DNA of 56,575 nucleotides from Tubiluchus corallicola (GCA_030141605.1 JAQGDQ010001190.1:1-56575), one strand, 5' to 3'. Numbered from the stretch's first letter, positions 41,750 to 55,656 are shown. Made by a program: numbers and translations. The notes: generated by a model from the sequence alone, not told the origin.

Positions 41750-42250
41750 TTTAGGATTGGATCAGACAGTTTGTACAACATGATTTAGGATCCTCACCAA
41801 AACAGACTTTATACACTATTTACAAGAACATTTACAGTAAGAATAGACTATACTTACTTTTTAGTATACTTTAGTACACTAAAGTTTTACTACAGCGATA
41901 CATTAGACATTAGTAGAAAATGACGGTTAGTAAATATTAATGTACGATTATTTAAGACTGATGCATTTTATATCAGATAGAAACTACTGGAAGCGTTTAG
42001 TACCTAATATAAAGTCATGTATACATTGGAATATTTTACAGTTAGCAACATAGTTAAATTCATCTTTACCGAATAATGACAACTTCAACAGATCATTATT
42101 TCCTAAGGCAGCTATATTAAGGTTTTCAGGCAGAAGCATTTCATTTAATTTATCAAACATAACAACCCTAGTTTGTTGATACAATGGGCAGTGCAAGAAA
42201 AAGTGTTCAATAGACTCAAATCGAAATCAACATTTACAATTCGGCAATAT
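41750..42250 (-). mobile_element. Decayed LINE 3' end (ORF2 zinc knuckle plus 3' UTR)
   Basis: Translation NCKC*FRFESIEHFFLHCPLY..LFG..FILGTKRFQ*. Confidence 0.75.
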
Positions 42251-42921
42251 TGGATGACCGTTATTATCTTTGCAGCCTTTATTTGTTGAAAGGCTTTGTT
42301 CTAAAACTCAGACCAGTTTTGTCGAGGCGATAATTAATCAATAGTATTATAATTGCTCGTCAATAGTGCTATAATTGCTGGTCAGTCTATAAAGTAGGTC
42401 ACCTAATTAACAACGATTAGGAAGGAAGAACTACACAAGGCTGTTGGAAAACTGCAAAGTGCCTTTGTGTTAACGAGTTACAGAGGGTGAATGTTTAGTA
42501 GGCATGCAACTTGCAAACGCAAGCCTTCATCTGCTTAATGAATAAGTAACAGTATAGTTTAACACGTTCAGGCGCATCGGGTAGTTGCGCCAGGTGCGCA
42601 ACCACCGACGTCTGCGAATTAGTTGTTATCTACTTACTTAATTACTTACTTAGGCCTACTTACTCACACTCACTCACTCACTCTCTCACTCACTTGTATT
42701 TGCAATTATTTTGTATATATATATCGTATCTTACTCAGATTTTGCTTTATTTAATAAATAAAAGATTTTTAAATAAATGAATAAATAACTAATCCACTCT
42801 AGCTATCTTCATTTATTTAGATGAAGTGATTATTTTATTTAGGTTAACAGAGAATACGGACTACTGTTTACATTAAAAACTTCATTTGTGGCCAAAGGAA
42901 TAGTAGCGAGCGTGTGCTTAG

Positions 42922-42970
42922 CGACTGAAGTTAAGCAACACTGAGGCTGGTTAGTGAATAGATAAGTGTA
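42922..42970 (+). other. Degenerate 5S rRNA-like fragment
   Basis: gaagttaagcaacactgaggctggttagtg resembles the 5S internal control region. Confidence 0.4.
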
Positions 42971-43080
42971 CTCCTTCTGGATATTTTTCAACCCCATACT
43001 TCATTGCAGGATGATTTGTTCCAATGGGTGTAACACCTGCTTCAGTGACACGTTTTAGAAGACAATCTGGACAGCACATA

Positions 43081-43376
43081 GTTCCTGTCTCGCCTCACCC
43101 AGCCATCCTGTACTGGATTCTCACTTGCAGTGCATGAAGCAGTGTAACTAACATGAACTGGAATTTCACAGACGTAGCTAGAGTTTCACAGACCCAGAAG
43201 CCCACTGACGTTATCCTGTTTATGTACAAAGTTCCCGTCTCGCCTCACCCAGCCATCCTGTACTGGATTCTCACTTGCAGTGCATGAAGCAGTGTAACTA
43301 ACATGAACTGGAATTTCACAGACGTAGCTAGAGTTTCACAGAAACAGAAGCCCACTGACGTTATCCTGTTTACGTA
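43081..43376. repeat. 150-bp tandem duplication (2 copies)
   Basis: gttccYgtctcgcctcacc at 43081 and 43231. Confidence 0.92.
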
Positions 43377-43650
43377 ACTAAAACCTGCCTGGTATTAAGA
43401 CATAATTCTCTGTTTTGCAACAAAACTGTCCACCACAGTCAACCTAATTTTCTGACAAACTGAGATCACGCAGCTCTCATGAATATGCCGCTTTTTTTAA
43501 ATTTAACAGCACAGCTTGAAGAGGTTAGTACCCATAGTTTTTAATAAGATTGCAGCGTCCTCTTCAGGCTCGTGAATAAATAACAGCCGGGCGCGTTAAA
43601 AAGACCTTTCTAGCCCCCTGCCGAAAATAAGATGACTACGCCTCGGTTGC

Positions 43651-43860
43651 TTAAAGGAAAACAAGTCGATTTTTCATAAACTAACCCTATTTTAAGGACA
43701 GTAAAAAGTACACATTTTAATACAATTAATACTACAAAAGCTTTTCTAATAATTAAATAATAGATAAAAAACTTAATTAACAGCTGGTGAGCCCAACTAT
43801 TGATGACATCACAAACTAACATAATTTTCAACAGCAAAAATATTCCACGAGCGTGTTGCA
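43651..43860. mobile_element. Kolobok-like MITE end (TTAA-AGGAA..); inverted relative at ~53760-53972
   Basis: Reverse-complement similarity including ttttaatacaattaa and gagcccaact.ttgatgac.tcacaaact. Confidence 0.6.
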
Positions 43861-44351
43861 CGTGTTTGTGAAAGAGAAAATTGAAGTACAGTGCTACTGT
43901 AAGAGATTCAGTGTGTTGTATAAATTTTAAAATAAACTGGGCAAATTTTAAAATAAAAATTCAAATGTCAAATTTACCGCTGTTCTCGCGCATGCGCTGT
44001 CGAACATTTGCAGGTTTTTGCAACAAGTTTAGATAAGTTTTGTATAACGTTTGGGAAAGTAATTAGAGCATGCGTAGTACGCTCTTCACTAACTAAACGA
44101 AAGTTTAAATCACGTGATCCTGTCAGCTGATGTGGTTTTGGCGAATCAATGGCGCAAACTCAGATAGCTAGTCCAGTGACGTTTTACGAGTCAGCGAATA
44201 TGTAAAATTTAAATTTATATTTATAGTTTAAAATTATTTTAAAAAAACCCTTTTTTTAATTACAAACAATTAAGCGTAATTGTAAGTAATATAACTTTGT
44301 TTGGCACATACTTTAAAATTCCATGTCGCACAAACAGGACTCTCACACATT

Positions 44352-45272
44352 GTGACAGCTCGTGTGACAGCAGTGTGACAGCAGTGGGACAGCTCTTATA
44401 GCTCGTGTGACAGCGGTGGGACAGCTCTTATAGCTCGTGTGACAGCGGTGGGACAGCTCTTATAGCTCGTGTGACAGCGGTGGGACAGCTCTTATAGCTC
44501 GTGTGACAGCGGTGGGACAGCTCTTATAGCTCGTGTGACAGCGGTGGGACAGTTCTTGTAGCTCGTGTGACAGCAGTGGGACAGCTCTTATAGCTCGTGT
44601 GACAGCGGTGGGACAGCTCTTGTAGCTCGTGTGACAGCGGTGGGACAGCTCTTGTAGCTCGTGTGACAGCAGTGTGACTGCTCTTGTAGCTCGTGTGACC
44701 GCTCGTGTAGCTCGTGTGACAGCGGTGTGACAGCTCTTGTAGCTCGTTGGACAGCTCTTATAGCTCGTGTGACAGCAGTGGGACAGCTCTTGTAGCTCGT
44801 GTGGCAGCGGTGGGACAGCTCTTGTAGCTCGTGTGACAGCGTTGGGACAGTTCTTGTAGCTCGTGTGACAGCGGTGTGACAGCTCTTGTAGCTCGTGTGA
44901 CAGCTGTGTGACCGCTCGTGTAGCTCGTGTGACAGCGGTGTGACAGCTCTTATAGCTCGTGTGGCAGCAGTGTGAAAGCTCTTGTAGCTCGAGTGACAAC
45001 AGTGTGACAGCTCTTGTAGCTCGTGTGACAGCGGTGTGACAGCTCTTGTAGCTCGTGTGGCAGCAGTGTGACAGCGATGGGACAGCTCTTGTAGCTCGCG
45101 TGACAGCGGTGTGACAGCTGTTGTAGCTCGTGTGACAGCAGTGTGACAGCTCTTGTAGCTCGTGTGACAGCGGTGTGACAGCTCTTGTAGCTCGTGTGAC
45201 AGCGATGGGACAGCTCTTGTAGCTCGTGTGACAGTGGTGTGACAGCTGTTGTAGCTCATGTGGCAGCGGTGG
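44352..45272. repeat. 32-bp minisatellite (~28 units) built of ~11-bp gtgtgacagc subrepeats
   Basis: Directly visible. Confidence 0.95.
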
Positions 45273-45357
45273 GCGTCCCAGTGTACGACATACCCCGCGT
45301 GGGTGGAACATCGCGTGAACCAAATTGCACTTCACTGCAAGAATTATTTCTTATTAA

Positions 45358-45487
45358 AGGAAAACCGGATGATTGTGTAAACACTAGTTCAGAATAAAGA
45401 ATGCTCTAAAATATTGAAAACTACAATAGTTTTTTTAAATCAAAGCTTAGATTAAATAATAATTACCTCGGATACTCAAATTTCGTT
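45358..45487. mobile_element. Truncated copy of the 52380-52908 MITE end
   Basis: Reverse complement of ~52780-52908, preceded by TTAA. Confidence 0.8.
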
Positions 45488-45494
45488 AAACTTG

Positions 45495-46092
45495 GGAGGG
45501 TGGGTGGATGGACGGATAGATAGATGGATGGTTAGATAGATGAATAGACAGATGGATAGATGGATGGATAGAAGGATAGATAGATGGATAGATAGATGGA
45601 TAGATAGATAGATGGATAGATAGATGGATAGATAGATGGATAGATAGATGGAAAGATAGATGGATAGATAGATGGATAGATGGAGATAGATGGATAGATG
45701 GATAGATAGATGGATAGATGGATAGATAGATGGATAGATAGATGGATAGATAGATGGATAGATAGATGGATAGATAGATGGATAGATAGATGGAAAGATA
45801 GATGGATAGATAGATGGATAGATAGATGGATAGATAGATGGATAGATAGATGGAAAGATAGATGGATAGATAGATGGAAAGATAGATGGATAGATAGATG
45901 GATAGATAGATGGATACATAGATGGATACATAGATGGATAGATAGATGGATAGATAGATGGAAAGATAGATGGATAGATAGATGGAAAGATGGATGGATA
46001 GATAGATGGATAGATAGATGGAAAGATAGACGGAGATAGATGGAGATAGATGGATAGATGGATGGATAGACAGATGGATAGATAGATAGATT
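45495..46092. repeat. (GATA/GATG)n microsatellite
   Basis: Directly visible. Confidence 0.97.
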
Positions 46093-46807
46093 CACCTTAA
46101 GGTTTTAATAAAGTTGTGTTGTTTTTAAGTATGAATGTTTTTATGTGCCTGCAATAATATTTGAAGCATTGTTTATCAAATCCCTTCCTAGTCGGTAGAC
46201 AGTAACTCAATCATCAGACAGCAGCGTGACCAAAGTCCTTCAATCAGTGTTCAATGGTCTGAGCAAACTTGTTCTCCTAAATCAATCAAGAGTCATTGGA
46301 CGATCTAACGCTTAGTTATCCCTGTTAAATGGATTATTCCATGCGTATGTTCCATTCACAAGACTGATTTCTTGCACACTACACGACCTGCGCTGATATT
46401 CGTCGTATTGTCTCTCGGGCTGTGCAGTTGGACAAAGAAATGCAAAGAAGGAAGAAGATATCGCTTAACTTGAGTGAGAGAATTTTAAAGCTAGCAAAAA
46501 AACATTAGATGGGTACTATAGGGAGGACCAGAGTAAATAGTTAATTCTTGTGCAAAAGAATGCAAGAATGAAAAACTGACTTACTTAAAAGAAAGAACGA
46601 GTCGCTCGGTATGCTGGGTTTATTTTACTTAAAAACTTAAAGAAATATAACGAAGAAATTTGTAAAGAACCATCTATGAAGTTGGAAAATCGGTTTGGTA
46701 ATGTGTGACAGAATAGACCCACTTTTTTCAATTTTTGCTAGAAAATCTTTCATAAAAAAATTCCAGGCCTATTTATGAAACTTTTGGTCTTTCCGTTTGT
46801 CGATAAT

Positions 46808-47220
46808 TATGAACATGAACATGAACGTGAACATAAACATGAACATGAACATCAAAAAGAACACGAACACAAAGACAAACAAGCATACTCATAGGCATGA
46901 ACATGAACATAAACATGAACATGAACATCAAAAAGAACACGAACACAGACAAACAAGCATAAGCATAGGCATGGACATGGACATGGACATGGACATGAAC
47001 GTGAACATGAACGTGAACGTGAACGTGAACGTGAACACGAACACGAACACGAACATGAACATGAACATGAACATGAACATCAAAAAGAACACGAACGCAA
47101 ACAATCATAAGCGTAAGCATAGGCATGGACATGAACATGGACATGGACATCCACATCCACATCCACATCCACATCAACATCAACATCAACATTAACATTA
47201 TCAAACATAAACATAAACAT
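46808..47220. repeat. Compound hexamer microsatellite (ATGAAC/ATGGAC/ATCCAC variants)
   Basis: Directly visible. Confidence 0.92.
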
Positions 47221-48035
47221 TGTATATAGTCTCTCCACTGAAGATGTGCATAGTATATGTGCACAAAACGTTTTGAAACGGCTACAACTTCTACATGGTA
47301 TGTGACTGTCTTGACTTTGCAATTTGTAACTTCACTCAAGGTTGTTCAGGAATGAATCGATTTCAAGTATTTTAATAATCATTTAATCTCTGGTTAATCC
47401 TGTGTTCTTCACTGACCTTGAAAGTAGATTTAAAAAGTAGTTTTAAACATGTTTTAAAAGTAGTTTTATACCATATACACTTTATAATTAACAATACATT
47501 TATTACTACTGTATGCACTGTGACACGACATATTATAATAATGGATCTTAATAACATTAATCTTAACCTAAATTGTCTTTTAAATGTAACTTAAAGTTCA
47601 GTTTATTTTAATTAATGTAGGTAAAGTAGTTTTAATGTAATTTAATAGTAATTTTACACTTCGGTGTATCTTAATGTAATCTAATTTAATCTTCGCTACA
47701 ATAACTTTTTAACAAGCTTTTAATACTGTAAACTTTAAATAATAAACTTTAAATAATTTAAATTCAAAAATTTTATTTTGAATAGAATTACGAAGTTTAT
47801 TGCAACACAAAGTTTACCGCCATTGACTCTGCTCTGAAAAAAGTTTGATAATATCTTTCACATCTCTGCGCATGCGCATGCGCATGCGACACAATTGAGA
47901 CGTTTTCATTAATTTTTTTGACTCGAATATTTTTACTGAGACTTGACGTCATCTGCTACATTCTGGCTGGAGAAAGCACTGGATCAGCTACTGGAGTTAG
48001 CCTAATCCATGTGGACAACGCGGCTGGAGCACGAA

Positions 48036-48182
48036 TCAGCTCTCTGGAGTTGTACCTTCTGATATGTTGACCATACTGGCTACGTCTTTGGTCACGTGTT
48101 CTCTGCATTGTTCTACGGCCTGCTCTAGGTTCTGACCAAACTGAGTGATGATGACGAAGTAAGTTACGAAGACGCTGACCAT
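48036..48182 (-). CDS. Terminal exon of a gustatory-receptor-like (GRL/7TM ion channel) gene: MVSVFVTYFVIITQFGQNLEQAVEQCREHVTKDVASMVNISEGTTPES*
   Basis: Phase-0 acceptor ttaattgcag| immediately precedes the TM7 signature TYhhhhhQF. Confidence 0.8.
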   Translation of the reverse strand: MVSVFVTYFVIITQFGQNLEQAVEQCREHVTKDVASMVNISEGTTPES

Positions 48183-48759
48183 CTGCAATTAACAATGATT
48201 TCAACAATAAGCCTTTTCCAATTATTGATGATGATGATCAGGAAAAGGTCAAAGGTTAAATGTACCAGGCAACGCATTTGTATACACTTGACAACGCCTC
48301 TCAGCCCAAGCTGTTGTAATATTAACAGTTTTAACAGCTAGAGCCTTACCTAGTTCATTTTTTCTTGTTCCCAAGCAAGATCCTGCTAGTAAATCACTTT
48401 AAATCTACTTAACAGAGTAATGCATAATTAAGTAAAGTCCTCGTAAATAACTGAAGTTACTGAACTGATGCTTTGCGTTACCCACATGTCACGTGACAGT
48501 TGTAGTTAAGACGCGTTGCTGTGATATACTTAACCGTTGACCTACAACAACTGCGCATGCGTACAAGGAACCAATAAAAAGGTTTATTGTTGGCGTACGT
48601 GAGTAAAGTCGTTTTATGTGTGTTAAAATTTATGCGTATTAACGTAGTTTTTGATCTATTTGTTAGAAATTAAGTCTGAAATGAAGGGTTAGGATGTCTG
48701 ATATACCGAACACAAAGTTCAAGCAGTAACGCATTATTATAACATGCTAAAACTACCAC

Positions 48760-48783
48760 AATAGACATTGACATAGACATAGA

Positions 48784-48847
<64 letters not shown>

Positions 48848-49050
48848 GACATGGACATGGACATGGACATGGACATGGACATGGACATGGACATGGACAT
48901 GGACATGGACATAGACATAGACATAGACATAGACATAGACATAGACATAGACATAGACATAGACATAGACATAGACATAGACATAGACATAGACATAGAC
49001 ATAGACATAGACATAGACATAGACATAGACATAGACATAGACATAGACAC
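48760..49050. repeat. Stepwise compound hexamer microsatellite (ATGGGC)n-(ATGGAC)n-(ATAGAC)n
   Basis: Directly visible. Confidence 0.97.
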
Positions 49051-49664
49051 AGATCTAGTCTCCTGCGCTTTCTTATAAATAGATTAGTATATTAAAACTT
49101 ATTATACCACAAGAAGCCTTCGGATATGTAAGTAGAAACAGAATATATTAATTTAATTTATCAACTTAAATTGAGAATATACTAATCTATTGTACGAAAA
49201 TAAATACGCAGAATAGATTTTGTAAGTAGGCCTATACAAAAGCAAAAATAAAAAAAATTCGATAATTGTAACACGATAATACAAAACCTAAATCCTTAAT
49301 TAGATTTAATCAAATTAAAAATTAAACCAACTGCAGTTATAATGTAAATATAAGTTAAATATTTTATATAATATATATATAATTTTGTTAAATATCCAAA
49401 ATGAGGTTATCAAACGACCACAAGTCACAACTGTACTCAAGCATGAGGAAGGATTCTATTAAGTTACCAGATTGAAAGTAGGACATCCCAATCAATGTGA
49501 CTAGTCTTATTACAAATGTGGACAACTGATTAACTAGACCCTAGTCATGCTAGATAAAAACTTGCGTAGTTGTATGTTTGTGAAAGTGGTTGCATATTTT
49601 ACGTGAAAAAATGAAAGAAATAGATGCATAGTTTAGGAAATAATATTATAATATTGTAGTTACA

Positions 49665-50156
49665 TATGATATGATGTGATGTGATGTGATGTGATGTGAT
49701 GTGATGTGATGTGATGTGATGTGATCTCATCTCATCTCATCTCATCTCATCTCATCTCATCTCATCTCATCTCATCTCATATCATATCATATCATATCAT
49801 ATCATATCATATCATATCATATCATATCATATCATATCATATCATATCATATCATATCATATCATATCATATCATATCATATCATATCATATCATATCAT
49901 ATCATATCATATCATATCATATCATATCACATCATATCATATCATATCATATCATATCATATCATATCATATCATATCATATCATATCATATCATATCAT
50001 ATCATATCATATCATATCATATCATATCATATAATATAATATAATATAATATAATATAATATAATATAATATAATATAATATAATATAATATAATATAAT
50101 ATAATATAATATAATATAATATAATATAATATAATATAATATAATATAATATAATA
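49665..50156. repeat. Compound pentamer microsatellite (GTGAT)n-(CTCAT)n-(ATCAT)n-(ATAAT)n
   Basis: Directly visible. Confidence 0.97.
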
Positions 50157-50699
50157 CAATATTGAATATGTTAATCAACGTGTACGAGTAAGATTACTCA
50201 CAATGGGAAAATACAAATTTTCTTGTAAGAACAGTCGCTGGTTCGAATCCTGACTAAGGCTTATTTACATTTATTTCCCAGTTTCCCAGTGAATGTAAAG
50301 GGATTTCTTTGAAGAGACCGACGCATTTAAAATACTCTAAATACAGGTCTAATCGTTTAGATTTGTTGATTAGTTAAATAACTGATTGCAGAAACTAATT
50401 AACTAAGCAAATCTTCATTTGCAATTAGTCTGCCTCCCTGGTGACTGACCTACAGTAAGAATTGACTAAGGAAGATAATAAGTAACGACATTTCTGACTG
50501 AGATATCATTCCTATCTTAATCTCGTCTTTATTGCTGTGTCTACAAGACATTCTCAGGCAAATATTGACTCTGCTTACAAAACTCGGCTAATTAGGAATC
50601 ATTTCTTGGTTCAGAGCGCTCAGAGTGGCGGAGATTAGCCAATGTAAGGTCAAGCGCTATGGGAAACCTTCGCCTGTGCTGGCTTTCAGGGCGTTGGAA

Positions 50700-51728
50700 T
50701 GCTAAAACTACCACAATAGACATAGAACGTAGACATAGACATAGACATAGACATAGACATAGACATAGACATAGACATAGACATAGACATAGACATAGAC
50801 ATAGACATAGACATAGACATAGACATAGACATAGACATAGACATAGACATAGACATTGACATTGACATTGACATTGACATTGACATTGACATTGACATAG
50901 ACATAGACATAGACATAGACATAGACATAGACATAGACATAGACATAGACATAGACATAGACATAGACATAGACATAGACATAGACATAGACATAGAACA
51001 TTTATTTTCTCCAATTAGTTTAACATCAAAAGTCTTTTAAACATTAAGTAATTATAGTCATGGAGTAGGGCAGGGAAGGACCATAGGGTCATCTAATCTC
51101 CTGCCCTTTCTTATAAATAGATTAGTATATTAAGTAATTATAATCATGAAGTAGGGCAGGGAAGGACCATAGGGTCATCTAGTCTCCTGCCCTTTCTTAT
51201 AAATAGATTAGTATATTAAGTAATTATAATCATGGAGTAGGGCAGGGAAGGACCATAGGGTCATCTAGTCTCCTGCCCTTTCTTATAAATAGATTAGTAT
51301 ATTAAGTAATTATAATCATGAAGTAGGGCAGGGAAGGACCATAGGGTCATCTAGTCTCCTGCCCTTTCTTATAAATAGATTAGTATATTAAGTAATTATA
51401 ATCATGGAGTAGGGCAGGGAAGGACCATAAGGTCATCTAGTCTCCTGCCCTTTCTTATAAATAGATTAGTATATTATGTAATTATAATCATGGAGTAGGG
51501 CAGGGAAGGACCATAGGGTCATCTAGTCTCCTGCCCTTTCTTATAAATAGATTAGTATATTAAAAATTATTACACCACAAGAAGCCTTAGGATATGTAAG
51601 TAGAAACAGAATATATCAATTTAATTTATCAACTTATAGATTTTATACAAAAGCAAAAATAACTCAATGAATTTCGATATAATTGTAACACGATAATAAA
51701 AAACATGAATCCTTAATTAGATTTAATC
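50700..51728 (-). mobile_element. Probable LINE/SINE 3' end with AATAAA and (TATGTC)n tail; related copy at ~48745-49310
   Basis: Minus strand reads ggagaaaataaatgttctatgtctatgtc. Both flanks are shared with 48745-49310. Confidence 0.55.
51058..51562. repeat. 86-bp tandem repeat (~6 units) with inverted repeat AGGGCAGG..CCTGCCCT
   Basis: Directly visible. Confidence 0.95.
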
Positions 51729-52379
51729 TGAGTATTTCACGGCAAATTTGAGTAAAATGAAATAAATTTAGTTTTTATATTTTTGAGGAAATAATCGTTT
51801 CCGTTTCATTGCTTATCGGTGCGTCCCAGTGCGCAGGTCAAACGACCTAAATAACGTGGCTCCATCTAGCGATGAAAGTTATCGGTAGAAGTTGTCGCGT
51901 TGAAACTATACTAATGAACGTTAACTTCGTTTGTATTGTGGAAGAAACAACTTAAAAAAGTGAAGTAAAGCAAAGAAAAACGAAGTAAAGCAAAGTAAAG
52001 CAAAGTAAGTTGAGCAAAGTACACGAATAAGCATGATATGTAAAAACCTATTATTTAAGAAAACAGGGTAGTATAATTTTTGATATTTTTACGTGAACAT
52101 TAGCTAAGCTGTAGATGTTTAAATTAGTTCAAACAGCATGCGCTTACGGAAAGTCACGATGCGCTTACGAAATGTCACGATGTCCACCAATTACGTCATA
52201 ATTTTCGAATGAATGGCAGCTACTACTACCAAATTTTCGTACAGCTGTAGCGTATTTTAACTTTATGATTCATAGAATAATTTTTGGAAATTTGGAAATT
52301 TCTTTGTTATATTTTTCTAAGTTTGAGTGATAACTGTAAAATAAACCCAACATGCTAAATGAGTTGTCCTTCCCTTTAA

Positions 52380-52908
52380 AGAAAAACCGGATGATTGTTT
52401 GGACTCAATCTCATTTTAATTTACAGTCTAAAATATACATTTTCTTTCCTATAAATGTTAGCAATAGTTCCTTATATTTGAAAGTTAATTAACGGCAACC
52501 GAACACAGCTATTGCTTACGTCACAAACTAACATACAGTTTGTGCAATGGCAGGCGTCTTCCCTTGCGCGTCAAGCACGTTTGCGTAAGCGTCACTGCTT
52601 AAAGGCGTGATGTCACGAAAATGGGTTTTACGTCATATTACGTCAGAAACTAACACTGCAGTCCATGATCATGGTTATCACGGTACCGCCTTCTATTTGT
52701 CGGCCATGCTAATGTGACAAAAGGGCGCCGCTGCCAATCTTAGTAGATTCACTGAGCCGCGCGTAGCTTTGAAAGTTTACGAAATTTGAGTATCCGAGGT
52801 AATTATTATTTAATCTAAGCTTTGATTTAAAAAAAGCTATTGTAGTTCTCAATATTTTAGAGCATTCTTTATTCTGGACTCGTGTTTACACAATCATCCG
52901 GTTTTCCC
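52380..52908. mobile_element. Kolobok-like MITE, TTAA target duplication, TIR RGRAAAACCGGATGATTGT
   Basis: ttaa-agaaaaaccggatgattgt ... acaatcatccggttttccc-ttaa. Confidence 0.8.
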
Positions 52909-54289
52909 TTAAATTTAGACATTGTCCAGCAATTCTGTGCCATTAGCAATACAAATGTGACCAAGTTTCTCCAGGATTTCGCCTCGATAAACTAATTAAG
53001 TGACGTCGAGGCGTTGAAATCTCGCATTGATTATCTAAGACATTAAGCACAATTCATTTTGTATGGAAATTCTTGCAGAGAGCGAAAGCACTTCGCCCTG
53101 CATTAGTCTTCATAAATGTCACAACTAAGCAGGCAAGTTTAGGCATTATTGATGCGCAGACAGAGGGTCAGCACCTCTTCCCATGTACTGATAAGTGTAC
53201 AGCACTAAAAACTATGTCTAGACTCAAAGCTAATGACTCACAGACTAAGGGAAATACTGAAAATGTGCTTTAATAAGAATCTAAGCTCGTTTTTTTGTTT
53301 GGTGACCGAGTTTTAACAATGTGACTTGTTTCCAACTCGAAAAGCTTGTTCAAAATTAGAGCAAAACCGGATCCAAACTTAAACTGCAGGTCAAAACAAT
53401 CTACTCTTTAAAATATTGAAAGAAAACATACTATTTTTTTTCAAAAACGCCTTATGTGAAAGAATTATTACCACACAAACGCAATTTCACGTTCGTGTCA
53501 CTAATTCTTCGTTGATACATGCATTTAGCCATTCGTTAGTTAGACGGGCACTAGCGCCTGCATTTCGGAAACGTATTGCATAGAAAACAGGCGCTGTACC
53601 TCTCAGTTCAGATGTGTTCGTTTGTGGCAAACTGCACACGTTTAACAGCTGATGTGTGAGCAAATCGGTAAATGTGGAATTTAAATTTTTATCTTAAAAC
53701 TTTCTAGTTTTAGAACAACCGACTGCACATATTACAGTAGCACTATAGCTCAATTTTTGATTCCTCAAATACGTGCAACTCGTGAAATATTTTCGCTGCG
53801 AAATATTATGTAAGTTTGTGACGTCATCAACAGTTGGGCTCGCCTGCCGTTAATTAAGTTAATTAATTAATTATCAGAAACGCTTTTGCAGTGTTAATTG
53901 TATTAAAATATATATTTTTATCCGACTTGAAAATGGGTAAGTGTACGAAAAATTCATCCTGTCTTCCTTTAAAGGATAGGAGAAGTCACTTAGTATGTTG
54001 GATAATTTTACTGTTAAACTTAAAAATGTAAGAATGAAGTTATGACGTAACTGGTGGATTTCGTGACTTTTCCTAAGCACATCGTGACTTCTCCGTAAAC
54101 GAATTCAAACGTCTGCAGCCTATCATGTTCGTGCTACGTAATTAGCTATCTAATTTTTTGTAAAAACTTATGACGTCACTGGTGGAAAATTGGGCATTCA
54201 AAATGGGAGAGCCTAAGCGTGAAATGATCGCGACTTTAAAGTGAGGCACACCTTAAATTACACGAGGCGTACTTTCACACTTATCACAC

Positions 54290-54672
54290 TTTTATTACTA
54301 AATCCGTTTGCGTTTAAATCCAGTAGATGGCTCTTCCTGATGAAGATGTGCTCTTGTCCACAGAAAAAAACCCGAAGCAAGATGGCTGCTTCCATGAGCT
54401 ACTATTCGAGTTTGAAAATACAAGTTTCTTACAATTGTAGTACTAGTTTTCAGCCAGAGAAGTGGGCACGGGGTTATAAAATTAAATTTTTAGTGAGATT
54501 TTCTTGATAATTTGCTGTTAGAATATAAGTCCCAGTATATTTAGCATTTGTTTTCATAAAAAAATATAAAAAATCGACATTTGACCACATTTTTGGTGCA
54601 TTTTACGTATCATAACATGGTTTTAAGTATGCCGACTCGACTTGTGACCGGTTTTGGTTTGCAAGCAGCACA
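54290..54672. mobile_element. MITE family 2 partial copy
   Basis: Matches ~10085-10438, e.g. gggcacggggttataaaattaa and ggttttggtttgcaagc. Confidence 0.75.
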
Positions 54673-54758
54673 CATTTGTTATCAGTATCAAAATTACTTG
54701 AAAGCTTTTGTTGGTTTATGGAAAAGAAGAGACGAACTAAAACGAAAACACCTTACAC

Positions 54759-55239
54759 CAGGGGTGTGCAAATTATCTGACTAGCCGGGCCACATTAAAC
54801 TTTCCGCAATTCCTGTGGGCCGCAGGCAGTTTGATCAAGGAGCCAAGTACAGAAAGGCCTAATAACGATTTTTTTGCATCCGACCTGCGTACATCATTAC
54901 TACTACACTCAAAGAACTATTTTAGAAGTTATTAAAATTTATATTACAAACCATATATTTCAACTTTCAGGACAGATAGTGGTAATTTCATTACAATGCA
55001 TATTAGTAATGTGTATCACACAGTCTGTGTAGTACAGTGACATTAAGCTACAACCATCTTGTAAGGGTTAATGGCATCCGTTCTAGTTGAAAAAACTACC
55101 CGCACTATCTTTGGGATCGTGGCACGGACTTCAACTGGATACACTCAATTAATCGCGTGGGCCGCACTTTCATTAGGTTGACAAACCTCTTCGCGGGCCA
55201 CACAAATTCTCTCGGCGGGCCGCAATTTGCACACCCCTG
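54759..55239. mobile_element. hAT-superfamily MITE
   Basis: Perfect 16-bp TIR CAGGGGTGTGCAAATT and perfect 8-bp TSD CCTTACAC (54751-54758, 55240-55247). Confidence 0.93.
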
Positions 55240-55656
55240 CCTTACACAATTACGCATAGCACATACAGTAGCACAAGTAACAGTTGACAAAAAGACAATT
55301 TAAACAGGTAAAAAAATCAATCAGTCACAGTTTCACAACATTTACAACAATTACGTAATGACTATACACCATAATTATTTTATGCCTCTGTGTATCGTAA
55401 ATATTAATGATACGTCACGTGTAATCAAATTTTGCATATGTGTATTTTTAACAGTTTCTATTGGTATTTAAATAGTACAATTATGTGTTAAAAATAATTA
55501 TGTAATGTTAAGTACTTTTAAATGTACGAAATAAATTTAATAAATTAAATTTAAATCAATTTTAAAAAAATTTTAACTTGCAGACGAAAACCGCTTGTTT
55601 ATTTCTGTATATACAGCGGTAAACATTCGTGCAACAAAAAATGGTTAACTCTTTAC

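Noticed and set aside
44460-45335. His/Cys-rich ORFs
   Set aside because: The 32-bp unit cycles through all three frames; satellite artefact.
46150-46720. Purine-rich, possibly decayed coding or TE sequence
   Set aside because: No sustained frame or identifiable motif.
47956-48207. 83-aa Arg-rich ORF from the track
   Set aside because: Wrong frame; the overlapping frame carries the GRL TM7 motif right after a splice acceptor.
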